Source: Planctomycetota bacterium
Lineage (GTDB): Bacteria; Planctomycetota; JAJSAM01; JAJVHW01
Length of the DNA: 64,000 bases
Reading direction: 5' to 3'
NCBI GenBank assembly: GCA_965248445.1
Contig: CBDFJG010000004.1
Location: forward strand, 1,024,001 to 1,088,000
The notes under the pieces were generated by a model. The model was not told where the DNA came from. It did not search any database and saw only the letters and a list, made by a program, of their open reading frames with translations. Made by a program: the position numbers and the translations under genes. Shown in pieces: positions 1 to 8,746 of this stretch (position 1 is its first letter; each line of letters begins with the position of its first letter).

Positions 1-2592
1 GTGCTGGCGTGGCACGAGCCCATGCCGCTCGGCGATCGCGAAGAGTGGGGGCTCGTCGCCAAGATCGACGTCAGCGAGGCGTACGCGCCGCTCAGCAAGC
101 TGAACTGGATCCTCGTCTTCGGCGGAATCGCACTGCTCGCGTTCAGCCTCGTGGGTTCGTGGCTAGCGGCCCGTCGCTTGACACGCCCGATCGTCCACCT
201 GACCGCCACGGCGCGGACGATTGCCGGCGGCGATCTGAACGCGCGCGCCGAGGTCGAAACGGACGACGAGGTGGGTGCCCTGGCCGTCGCGTTCAACAGG
301 ATGGCCGCTCGCGTCGAACAGGATCAGCGAACGCTGGAGCGCCGGGTCGAGGAGCGTACGGCGCAGCGAGACCGTTTCTTCAACATGTCGCTCGACTATC
401 TCTGCGTCGCGACGCTGGACGGCCGGTTCAAGGCGGTGAATCCGCATTTCGCCGAGGGGATCGGATACACGGTCGATGAGATGCTCGCCACGCCGTTCGT
501 GGAGTTCATCCACACCGATGATCGCGAGAACACCGCGGAGGCGATGGGTGCGCTCGGACGAGGCGACGACGTCGTCAACTTCGAGAACCGCTATGTCTGC
601 AAGGACGGTTCGTACCGCTGGTTGTCGTGGGTCTGTCCGGCTCCGGAAGAGGGTTCGGACCTGCTCTACGCGATCGCCCGCGACGTCACCGAGCGTCGGA
701 AGTTCGAGAGCGAACTGCGATCGGCGAAGGAGGAGGCCGAAGCCGCCAGCACGGCGAAGAGCGATTTCCTCGCGAACATGAGTCATGAGATTCGCACGCC
801 GATGAACGGAATCATCGGCATGTCGGACCTGCTCGGCAGCACCCCGCTCACGACGGAGCAGGACGAATACCTGGGCATCGTGAAGAGCTCGGCGACGTCG
901 CTCCTGCATCTGCTGAACGACATCCTCGACTTCTCGAAGATCGAGGCCGGGCGGCTCGATCTCGAGTCGATCGAGTTCGACCTGCGCGACACCGTGGGGC
1001 GCACCGTCCGGACGCTGTCGCAGCGCGCTTCCGAGAAGGACCTGGAACTGAACTGCCGCATCGCCCCCGATGCGCCGAGAGCGCTGATCGGCGATCCCGG
1101 CCGCCTGCGTCAGATTCTCGTGAATCTGGTGGGCAACGCGATCAAGTTCACCTCACGGGGCGAGGTTCTGGTGGACGTCGTCGAATTGACGCGCACGGGT
1201 GAAGACGTCGTGCTCGAGTTCACGGTCTCCGACACGGGAATCGGCGTTCCCGTCGACAAGCAATCACTGATCTTCGGCGCATTCACCCAATCGGACGCGT
1301 CCACGACCCGCCGCTTCGGGGGCACGGGGCTTGGGCTCGCAATCTCGTCGCAACTCGTCTCGATGATGGGTGGGACCCTCGGACTGGACAGCGAAGAGGG
1401 CGTCGGCTCGACCTTTCGGTTCACGGCACAACTTCGTCTCGGCGATTCGCGAGCGTCCGCGACCCTGGAGGGATCCGTGGAGGGCTTGCGCGTGCTCGTC
1501 GTCGACGACAACGACACGAACCGGCGCATCCTCGCGGAGATCCTTACGAACTGGCGTCTCCTGCCGACCGTCGTCGGTGACGCTCCCTCGGCCCTGGCCG
1601 AGATGTCGCGCGCCGCGCGCGCGAAGGAGCCGTATCCACTCGTCCTGCTGGACTGCATGATGCCGGAGATGGACGGATTCGATCTCGCGGGCCGCATCCG
1701 AGACGACCCAGCGATCTCGGATACGGTGATGATCATGCTTTCGTCGGCCGCTCGTGCCGCGGACTCCGAGCGCTGTCGCGAGATGGGGATCGCGCGCTAC
1801 ATGACGAAGCCCGTGCTGCCGTCCGAGTTGTTCGAGACGATCCAGGCGACCTTCGCGCCGCGCAGCGAACCGTACGAAGCCGTCGCCGCAGCGGCACCCA
1901 CACCTGCCGCCCAGCCGTCGGGAGACGGCCTGCGGGTGCTCCTCGCCGAGGACAGCGCGATCAACCAGCGCGTGATGCAGGGGTTCATGGGCCGGTTCGG
2001 GCACGCAATGGACATTGCCGAGAACGGACTCGCCGCGGTCGAGATGTTCGAGGCATCGCACTACGACGTCGTGCTGATGGACGTGCAGATGCCACTGATG
2101 GACGGATACGCGGCGACCGCGCGCATTCGCCAAATCGAGGTGGCTCGTGGAACGCGGACGCCGATCGTCGCGGTGACGGCCGCCGCGATGCGCGGTGATC
2201 GCGAGAAGTGCACCGCGGCGGGGATGGACGACTACGTCGTGAAGCCGATCGATCCCTTCGCGCTCAACGAGACACTTCTGAGGGTCACAGGGCGCGAACC
2301 CGATGCGGCCGAGAAGCCCGACGCGCCGGCCGCTCCCGGCACGGGCGACGACGTTCTCGACTTCGAGGCGGCTCTCGGGCGCGCGTCCGGGAATCTCCCT
2401 GGATTGCGCGAGATGGCCGGTCTGTTCGGCGAGGAGAGCGCCGGAGTTCTCGACGAGATTCGCGCCGCCGTGGTGGCCGACGACGCGGATGCCGTTCGTC
2501 GCGGCGCCCACACGCTGAAGGGCTCCGTGGCGCCTCCTCAGCGGCGATCCGCGCCTCCGCGATCTTCTCGAGGGCCTCGGCGTCCCGCATGA
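1..2592 (+). CDS. Hybrid sensor histidine kinase/response regulator (TM-HAMP-PAS-HisKA-HATPase-REC-REC-partial HPt); 5'-partial, C-terminal HPt apparently truncated
   Basis: H-box FLANMSHEIRTPMNG, N-box NLVGNAIKFT, G-boxes DTGIG/GGTGLGL, two receivers (VLLDCMMP, VLMDVQMP). The HPt motif AHTLKGS is followed by sequence that is not family-like. Confidence 0.93.
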   Translation: MLAWHEPMPLGDREEWGLVAKIDVSEAYAPLSKLNWILVFGGIALLAFSLVGSWLAARRLTRPIVHLTATARTIAGGDLNARAEVETDDEVGALAVAFNRMAARVEQDQRTLERRVEERTAQRDRFFNMSLDYLCVATLDGRFKAVNPHFAEGIGYTVDEMLATPFVEFIHTDDRENTAEAMGALGRGDDVVNFENRYVCKDGSYRWLSWVCPAPEEGSDLLYAIARDVTERRKFESELRSAKEEAEAASTAKSDFLANMSHEIRTPMNGIIGMSDLLGSTPLTTEQDEYLGIVKSSATSLLHLLNDILDFSKIEAGRLDLESIEFDLRDTVGRTVRTLSQRASEKDLELNCRIAPDAPRALIGDPGRLRQILVNLVGNAIKFTSRGEVLVDVVELTRTGEDVVLEFTVSDTGIGVPVDKQSLIFGAFTQSDASTTRRFGGTGLGLAISSQLVSMMGGTLGLDSEEGVGSTFRFTAQLRLGDSRASATLEGSVEGLRVLVVDDNDTNRRILAEILTNWRLLPTVVGDAPSALAEMSRAARAKEPYPLVLLDCMMPEMDGFDLAGRIRDDPAISDTVMIMLSSAARAADSERCREMGIARYMTKPVLPSELFETIQATFAPRSEPYEAVAAAAPTPAAQPSGDGLRVLLAEDSAINQRVMQGFMGRFGHAMDIAENGLAAVEMFEASHYDVVLMDVQMPLMDGYAATARIRQIEVARGTRTPIVAVTAAAMRGDREKCTAAGMDDYVVKPIDPFALNETLLRVTGREPDAAEKPDAPAAPGTGDDVLDFEAALGRASGNLPGLREMAGLFGEESAGVLDEIRAAVVADDADAVRRGAHTLKGSVAPPQRRSAPPRSSRGPRRPA

Positions 2593-3781
2593 GCACGCGC
2601 TCGAGCTGACCCATCGCGAGCGGCGGCAGCTCGTGGTCCGACTCCCGCTCGACCGTCTCGGCGAGCAGCGTGCGCGCGTCGTCGTAGCGTCCGGCTTCGA
2701 ACAGCAGCGTGCCGAGCTCGACGTCGACGAACATCGTCTCGGGCCACTGCTCGCGTGCGGCGCGCAGAAGTGTCTCCGACTCCTTGGCGGCGCCGCGAAG
2801 ACCGGCAGCCGCTGCCAGTCCGATGAACGGAGCGACGTGTGGCGGCGACGCCTCTGCGGCCGCCGTGAACGACTCCTCGGCCGCGGCCGCGTCGCCCACT
2901 GCAAGCTGGAAGGCACCGAGCAGGCAGAGAGCACGCGCGTGTCCGGGGTCCCGCTTGAAGCACTTCTTCAGCTCCACCTCGACTGCTCGCCCTTCCAGAA
3001 CGCGTGCGAGGAGGTATACGTCGTCGGCGCCCGCGCCATCCTGTTGCGCCCGCGTGCGATACGTGCGGCGCACCTGCGTCTCGTCGCCTGCCGCGAGCGC
3101 CGCGTCCTGGTACAACTCGTGGGCGTCGAGGTTCCCGGGCTGCTCCTCCACGAGCACGGCGGCTGCATCGAGGGCTGCCTTGACCTGCCCGTCCTCGAGT
3201 AGCGCCGCGATGTCGTCGAGGGGCGACGACGCGTTCGACCTGCGCGTTGCGCCGAAGCGACGCAGAGCGATCGTTCGGACGCGTGTAAGCTCGTCGTGGA
3301 ACACATCGTCCGCTTCGCGGTGCATCAGCTCCCAGAGCACGAAGCCCTGGTGATCGACCCACTCGTCGTTGTCCTCGAGCGGGTCGCGTCCCGTGGCCTC
3401 GGAACCCCCGACGCCTCCGCCGGTGGGGGGCGCGCCGGCCGCCCCTCCGGCGGACGCACCGGACCCGCTGCCGTCGGAGCCGCCGGCGTCAACTCCGGCG
3501 CCTGCGCCGCCGGAACTTCCCCCGCTGGTGCTGCCGCCGGTACTGCCGCCGCCGCCGCCGCCCTGGCTTCCGCCGCCACCGCCCTGAGAGCCACCCCCGC
3601 CTTGCGTGCCGCCGCCGCCCTGCGCGCCGCCGCCGCCGCCACCGCGCCCACCACCGCCGCCGCCGCCGCCGCCCCCGGCGCCTCCACCACCACCGCGGGC
3701 GAGCGCGTGAGGAGCCAGTTCGAGGCTGAATCCAGTGGCGAGGAGCAGGGTCACGAAGACGAACAGAGAGCGGTGGCGCAT
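2285..3781 (-). CDS. Secreted Gly-rich linker + TPR-repeat protein; native sequence probably ends at a junction near 2530
   Basis: Signal peptide MRHRSLFVFVTLLLATGFSLELAPHALA, poly-Gly tract, TPR-like helices (PGHARALCLLGAFQLAVGDAAAAEESFTAA). After EARIAAEEA the frame is just the antisense of the kinase gene. Confidence 0.65.
   Translation of the reverse strand: MRHRSLFVFVTLLLATGFSLELAPHALARGGGGGAGGGGGGGGGGRGGGGGGAQGGGGTQGGGGSQGGGGGSQGGGGGGSTGGSTSGGSSGGAGAGVDAGGSDGSGSGASAGGAAGAPPTGGGVGGSEATGRDPLEDNDEWVDHQGFVLWELMHREADDVFHDELTRVRTIALRRFGATRRSNASSPLDDIAALLEDGQVKAALDAAAVLVEEQPGNLDAHELYQDAALAAGDETQVRRTYRTRAQQDGAGADDVYLLARVLEGRAVEVELKKCFKRDPGHARALCLLGAFQLAVGDAAAAEESFTAAAEASPPHVAPFIGLAAAAGLRGAAKESETLLRAAREQWPETMFVDVELGTLLFEAGRYDDARTLLAETVERESDHELPPLAMGQLERVLMRDAEALEKIAEARIAAEEAPRSPSACGRRDERHPRRRPPRRRESRRELRRSPRRTDRPSRAIQGDSRTRAREPPRSRERRRPCRERPARRASRPHRVRAL
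3520..3697 (-). repeat. Low-complexity GGN-codon tract encoding a poly-Gly/GGGGSQ linker
   Basis: Runs of (gcc/ccg/cca) triplets; translation GGGGGAGGGGGGGGGGRGGGGGGAQGGGGTQGGGGSQGGGGGSQ. Confidence 0.85.
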
Positions 3782-3842
3782 GGGGATCTCCTGTGAAGCG
3801 GGCGTTTGAACCCGGCGACGTCCCCTCGAACCGCGCTTCGGG

Positions 3843-3864
3843 TCGGAGACGTGTCCGTCTCCGA
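3843..3864. promoter_or_regulatory. Perfect 9-bp inverted repeat (possible operator) in a divergent intergenic region
   Basis: TCGGAGACG-tgtc-CGTCTCCGA between the divergent TPR and GyrI-like genes. Confidence 0.35.
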
Positions 3865-3930
3865 ATTGAAGGAACCCGGCAGGTGGCGGCGGGTTTCGGA
3901 GGTCCCCCCGCGGGGCGGTAATCTCCCCGC

Positions 3931-4377
3931 ATGGCAGACGTCAACATCGAGCAACTCTCGGCCCGCTCCGTGGTGGGGAAGCGGACCAACACCACCATGG
4001 CAACGATCGGGGACGACATCGGCCGCCTGGCCGGGGAGTCGGCCGGCGCACTCGGTCCGGCGATTCGCGGCCCCTGCGTGACGCGCTACGTGACCTGGGA
4101 AGAGACCAGCGGCGAGATCCTCGTCGGCTTCCCCGTCGATTCCGGGTCCGCAGCGCCGCCGGAGTGTGAATTGGACGAACTCCCCGCCGGGCGCGCGGCA
4201 GTGCTCGTCCACGCCGGGCCGTACCAGAACCTGGCCGGCTCCTGGGCCGCCATCAAGGAGCACATGGAGTCGAACGGACTCACCGGCACCGATGCGCCGT
4301 GGGAGGAGTACCTCGACGACTGCAGCGTCACGCCGCCGGAGGATCTCCGCACACGCATCGTCTGGCCGATCGCGTAG
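3931..4377 (+). CDS. GyrI-like small-molecule/effector-binding domain protein
   Basis: 148 aa; ELPAGRAAVLVHAGPYQNL...W and PWEEYLDD...LRTRIVWPI are typical of GyrI/AraC_E_bind domains. Confidence 0.85.
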   Translation: MADVNIEQLSARSVVGKRTNTTMATIGDDIGRLAGESAGALGPAIRGPCVTRYVTWEETSGEILVGFPVDSGSAAPPECELDELPAGRAAVLVHAGPYQNLAGSWAAIKEHMESNGLTGTDAPWEEYLDDCSVTPPEDLRTRIVWPIA

Positions 4378-4387
4378 CAGTAGTACT

Positions 4388-4483
4388 GGCTCGTCAGCGT
4401 TCTCGGCTCGTCAGTGTTCCGGCTCGTCAGCTGACGCTGACGATGCAGGGACGCTGACGATGCACTTGACTTGGCCCGTCAGC
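4388..4483. repeat. Short tandem/inverted repeat cluster (TCGTCAG/CTGACGA units, ~17-bp period) forming a nested hairpin between convergent genes
   Basis: GGCTCGTCAG at 4388, 4405, 4421; GACGCTGACGATGCA at 4433 and 4450; GGCCCGTCAGC at 4473. Confidence 0.8.
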
Positions 4484-4507
4484 CGGCTGGGCGGCGCGCG
4501 CGACGGC

Positions 4508-5140
4508 TCAGCGGACGCGGCGGGCGGGGACGCCGACGTAGAGGCCGGCTTCGGTCAGATCCTCGGTGACCACTGCGCCGCCACCGGTCTGCACGCCGTC
4601 GGCGAGTGCACGGTTGTCGATCACCGTCGTGCGAATGCCGAGGAAGCAGCTTTCGCCGATCGTCACGAACCCGGCGAGTGCCACGGCCGGTCCGAGGAAC
4701 GAGTGAGCGCCGATCTTCGTGTCGTGCGCGATGACGCAGCCCGTGTTCAGCAGCACGTTCAGCCCCACGGTCGAACCCGCGTCGATGACGCAGCCGGGGA
4801 ACAGAACCGCGCCGGGTGCGATCGTCGCGGACGGGTCCACGTAGCAGGACTCGTGCACGAGAGATGCCGACTCGAACCGGGCCGACAGATGCTCGAAGCA
4901 ACGGCGCCGGAACTCCGGGTGCTTGTACCCGACGGCCACGATCACGGCGTCGATCCGCGCCTTCCACGCGTCGTCGTCGAGGGCGCTGACGGGACCGAGG
5001 ACCCGCCCGCCCGGGGTCTCGCTGAGCGGCTCGCGCGTGTCGTCGAAGAACCCGGCGACTTCGTACTCGCCCGATCGCGGCGCGTGCCGGGCGAGAGTCT
5101 GGCCGAGATCCCCGGCGCCGATGATCCCGAGCCGCTTCAC
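4508..5140 (-). CDS. Sugar O/N-acetyltransferase, NeuD/PglD/VioB family (left-handed beta-helix)
   Basis: GTG start overlaps the upstream stop (GTGA); IIGAGDLG Rossmann-like N-terminus; NTGCVIAHDTKIG hexapeptide repeats; C-terminal YVGVPAR. Confidence 0.9.
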   Translation of the reverse strand: MKRLGIIGAGDLGQTLARHAPRSGEYEVAGFFDDTREPLSETPGGRVLGPVSALDDDAWKARIDAVIVAVGYKHPEFRRRCFEHLSARFESASLVHESCYVDPSATIAPGAVLFPGCVIDAGSTVGLNVLLNTGCVIAHDTKIGAHSFLGPAVALAGFVTIGESCFLGIRTTVIDNRALADGVQTGGGAVVTEDLTEAGLYVGVPARRVR

Positions 5141-6123
5141 GAGCGAGGCTCCGGCACGTTGTGCAGCGCCCGCACGGCGTAGAGCGGCCTGCGCTTCACT
5201 TCGCGGTACGTGTTCCCGACGTACTTCCCGATCACGCCGAGGAAGAACAGGTTCACCCCGAATCCGACGGTCAGGATCGAGAACAGCGACGGCCAGCCGA
5301 CCTCGAACTCCATTACGAAGGTCCGCGCGACCACCACGCCGATCACGGCGACGATGCCGATGAGTGTCAGCACGAGCCCCGCGCGGGTGGCGAGACGCAG
5401 CGGGATGTCCGAGAAGTCGCAGATCGCGTCGAAGGCGAGCGCCATCTTGCGGCGTAGGTTGAACTTGGTCTTCCCCGCGAAGCGGTCGCGGTGCGGGACG
5501 TCGATCTGCGTCCGTCGCATCCCGACGTGCATGAAGAGGCCCTCGAGGAACCGGTTGGACTCGGGGTAACTCAGATATTGATCTGCGAAGCCGCGGTTGA
5601 ACGACCGCATCGTCGCGAGCCCGACAGGCAGATCCAGCCGCGTGAGCCGCCTCAGAACGAACCAGAAGATCTTGGAGAAGATCACGTTCAGGATCGTGTC
5701 GCGCTTCTCCTCCCGCACGCCGAAGACGAGGTCGAACCCCTTGTCCAACTCGTCCACGAAGCGTGGGATGTACTCGATGGGATCCTGCAGGTCCGGATCC
5801 ATGCACACGATGTGCGTCCCCGACGCGTGCCGGATGCCGGCAGTCAGCGCGAACGCCTTCCCGTGGTTGTATGCCAGTTCCACCAGGCGCAGCCGCGGCT
5901 GCTTCCCGATCGCGGCGACGATCATCTCGACCGTGCGATCGGTGCTGCCGTCGTCGACGAACACGATCTCCCAGTCGTACGCCGCCTTGTCGAGTTCCGC
6001 CGACGCCTGCGTGATGAACTCGTCGATGCACTCCTGCTCGTAGTACACGGCGACCACGACGCTGACGCGCCGGGGCCCGCGACTGACTGCGGGGGGGCTG
6101 CTGAGGGGTGCGCTGTCGGTCAT
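5137..6123 (-). CDS. GT2 polyprenyl-phosphate glycosyltransferase (ArnC/GtrB/DPM1-like)
   Basis: VFVDDGSTD, MDPDLQDP, two C-terminal TM helices, IGKYVGNTYREVKRRPLY. Confidence 0.92.
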   Translation of the reverse strand: MTDSAPLSSPPAVSRGPRRVSVVVAVYYEQECIDEFITQASAELDKAAYDWEIVFVDDGSTDRTVEMIVAAIGKQPRLRLVELAYNHGKAFALTAGIRHASGTHIVCMDPDLQDPIEYIPRFVDELDKGFDLVFGVREEKRDTILNVIFSKIFWFVLRRLTRLDLPVGLATMRSFNRGFADQYLSYPESNRFLEGLFMHVGMRRTQIDVPHRDRFAGKTKFNLRRKMALAFDAICDFSDIPLRLATRAGLVLTLIGIVAVIGVVVARTFVMEFEVGWPSLFSILTVGFGVNLFFLGVIGKYVGNTYREVKRRPLYAVRALHNVPEPRS

Positions 6124-6287
6124 GCGAGGGCCGCGCCGGAAGGCTCCGACCGGGCCGCCCAAGCATACGTCGGGAGCCTCGCGACCGCTCCGACCGCCCG
6201 GGCGTTTCCTTGTGCCCGTGTGAGCGGCCCATCGAGACTCCTGCTCGGGCGGTGGCATAGGCGGCGCCGCACACGAGGGAGTACCCG

Positions 6288-7136
6288 GTGACGCACGTCG
6301 TGGTCGGCGCGAATGGCTTTCTGGGCAGCGCACTGGCGCGCCGGCTGGCAGCGGCCGGCGGGCAGGTCGTGGCCGTCGTGCGGCGCGGTCGCGACCGCGT
6401 GCCGAAGGGGGTAGAGCACATCGTCTCCTCGGACGACCTCGGCGCGGTGGCGGCCTCGTGCACCGGAGACGTCACCGTCTTCGTGGCGGCGGCCTACATC
6501 CCGGCGCCAGGCGGCGAGCCGGATGACGCTCGCCTGCGGACCTCGAACGTCGTCCTGCCGCACCGCGTGGCGGAGGCGTTTCCCGAAGCGCGCATCGTGC
6601 TCGCATCCAGCGTCGCCGTCTACGGTGCGGGCGGGCGGACGATCCGCGAGGACTCGGAGGTTCGCGACGCCGGCGCGTACGGCCGGTCGAAACTCGCCGG
6701 CGAGGTCTCCGTGGCACTCCACCGGGACGCAATCGTGCTCCGGTACGGCTCGCTTTACGGCACCGGCATGCGGCATGAGACGTTCCTCCCAGCGATCGTT
6801 CGGCGCGCCGTGGAGGAACGGCGCATCGTCTTGTTCGGAGACGGCGCGAGGGAGCAGGACTACCTGCACGTCGATGACGCGGTCGCGCTTGCCGTGTCCG
6901 CGGCGGAATCGGGGCGCCGAGGCGTCTACCTCGGCGTCTCCGGGCGATCCTCCTCGAACCGCGAGGTCGCGGAGATCGTGGCCTCCAAGTTGGCAGACTG
7001 CCGCGTCGAGTTCGCGGGAACGGACGTATCGGAGTCGTACCGTTACGATCCAACGCGCACACGCGATGAGATTTCGTTCACGCCCTCGATCAGCCTCGAG
7101 ACCGGCCTCGCCGAGATGGTGAACCGTGCCGCATAG
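6288..7136 (+). CDS. NAD-dependent epimerase/dehydratase (extended SDR)
   Basis: GANGFLG, ASSVAVYG, YGRSK catalytic motif, FGDGAREQDYLHVDD. Confidence 0.9.
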   Translation: MTHVVVGANGFLGSALARRLAAAGGQVVAVVRRGRDRVPKGVEHIVSSDDLGAVAASCTGDVTVFVAAAYIPAPGGEPDDARLRTSNVVLPHRVAEAFPEARIVLASSVAVYGAGGRTIREDSEVRDAGAYGRSKLAGEVSVALHRDAIVLRYGSLYGTGMRHETFLPAIVRRAVEERRIVLFGDGAREQDYLHVDDAVALAVSAAESGRRGVYLGVSGRSSSNREVAEIVASKLADCRVEFAGTDVSESYRYDPTRTRDEISFTPSISLETGLAEMVNRAA

Positions 7137-8100
7137 CGTCCTCGTCACCGGTATCGGCGGGAACGTCGCCCAGGGGGTGCTGAGGATCCTGCGGGACATC
7201 GATCTCGATCTCACCGTGATCGGGACGAACACGCGCGAGTTGTCGGCCGGCAACCACCTGTGCGACGCCGTTTACCGCGTGCCGCTGGCCGTCGACGCCG
7301 CGTATCCCGACGCACTTCGTCGCATCTGCGAAAAGCATGGCGTGGCGCTGATCGTGCCCTGCACGGACGACGAGAGCGTGCACGCGCACCGCGCGGTGGG
7401 AGCCGACTTCAAGGTGGCGGGCACCGCTCCGGACACCAGCGCTGTCTTCTTCGACAAGCTCGAGACCGTCCGCGTGCTGTCGGCTGCGGGTGTGCCGTTC
7501 GCTCCGGGCTGTCTGCCGTCGGAGTACGACGGGCGCTTCGAGCAGGTGATCGTGAAGCCGCGAACCGGCCGCGGCTCGCGCGGCATCGTGCGCAATCCGC
7601 CCGACCCGCGCGCGTTCGACGACCGTCACCTCGTGCAGCGTCTGGTCTCGGGCACGGAAATCACGTCGGGCATCTACGTGCGCGCGAATGGAGAATTGCA
7701 CGGTGTGATCACGTTCGAGCGCGAACTGGACGCCACGGGCACGACGGTGCGGTGCCACGTTGCGCATCAACATGACGACGCGGTGCTCGGCGTGGTGCGC
7801 TCTCTCGTCGATGCCTTCCCGATCCGCGGCTGCTGCAACGTGCAGTCGATCGCGTCACCCGATGGATCGATCTGGCCGTTCGAGGTGAACTGCCGCGTTT
7901 CGGGAACGGCGTCGATCCGTCACTCGCTCGGGTTCCGCGATGTGGAGTGGCTGGTGCGCGAACTGCTGCTCGGAGAGGACCCGCCACGTGCACCGACGAA
8001 CGTCGAGGGCACGGCTCTACGGATGCTCCTCGACGTGGTCTACCCCGGGATACGGCCGGAGGATGTCGGCGGACGCGAGACCCCGCACGACATGTTCTGA
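7126..8100 (+). CDS. ATP-grasp domain protein (carbamoyl-phosphate-synthase/PylC-like)
   Basis: VLVTGIGG N-terminus, IVKPRTGRGSRG, FEVNCRVSGT. Confidence 0.85.
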   Translation: MPHSVLVTGIGGNVAQGVLRILRDIDLDLTVIGTNTRELSAGNHLCDAVYRVPLAVDAAYPDALRRICEKHGVALIVPCTDDESVHAHRAVGADFKVAGTAPDTSAVFFDKLETVRVLSAAGVPFAPGCLPSEYDGRFEQVIVKPRTGRGSRGIVRNPPDPRAFDDRHLVQRLVSGTEITSGIYVRANGELHGVITFERELDATGTTVRCHVAHQHDDAVLGVVRSLVDAFPIRGCCNVQSIASPDGSIWPFEVNCRVSGTASIRHSLGFRDVEWLVRELLLGEDPPRAPTNVEGTALRMLLDVVYPGIRPEDVGGRETPHDMF

Positions 8101-8744
8101 TGCGCATCCGTTACGCCTTCCTGGATGTCGCCGGCACGCTGCTTCACAAGCCCGGCGTGGCCGTCGCGTTCCAGGCCGCGCTCGCCGCGCGCGGTGTGGA
8201 GGTCGAGGTCGCCACGATCGAGCGAGCGCACAAGCTCACTTCGGAGGAACGCGATTTTCCGGCCAAGACGACGCTGGAGTTCTATCGCGGTTTCAATGCC
8301 GCGGTGCTGCGCGCCCTCGGGACAGATGCGGATGACGCACTGACCGAAGACGTCGCTGCACGCTGCGCCGGGATCGCATGGGAGCCGTTCGAGGACGTCG
8401 GCTCGCTGGCGGACCTCGGGGTTCCGCTGGGCATCGTCTCCAACTGGGATCGCCGTCTGACGGACCGGCTCGCGGAGTTTGTCGCGCTCCCGCTGGATCG
8501 GGTTCTCGGGTCTGCCGACGAGGGCGTGGCCAAGCCGGACGTGCGTCTCTACGAGCGCGCTGCCGCCGGACTCGAATTGGCGCCGGACGAGATTCTGTAC
8601 GTGGGCGACTCGATCCGTCTCGATATCGAGCCGGCGGCGTCACTCGGCTGGCGCGCGGTGCTCATCGACAGGCTGGGACTCTACGACGCGCACGAAGGGC
8701 CCCGCGTGACCACGCTGCGCGATCTGCCGGCCCTCATGGGCTGA
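8100..8744 (+). CDS. HAD-superfamily hydrolase (subfamily IA)
   Basis: ATG overlaps the upstream TGA; motifs DVAGTL, VSNWD, KPD, YVGDSIRLD. Confidence 0.9.
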   Translation: MRIRYAFLDVAGTLLHKPGVAVAFQAALAARGVEVEVATIERAHKLTSEERDFPAKTTLEFYRGFNAAVLRALGTDADDALTEDVAARCAGIAWEPFEDVGSLADLGVPLGIVSNWDRRLTDRLAEFVALPLDRVLGSADEGVAKPDVRLYERAAAGLELAPDEILYVGDSIRLDIEPAASLGWRAVLIDRLGLYDAHEGPRVTTLRDLPALMG

Positions 8745-8746
8745 GG

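Noticed and set aside
4388..4483. Possible mini CRISPR array
   Set aside because: Units are ~10-15 bp with ~2-7-bp gaps and switch orientation; there are no spacer-length unique sequences and no cas genes.
4508..6475. ORF-track N-terminal extensions suggesting fusions (also 8747-10969, 15475-18321, 32817-35978, 40040-41134, 43844-46165)
   Set aside because: The extensions are off-frame readings of adjacent genes. The true starts are downstream, mostly at overlapping stop/start codons.
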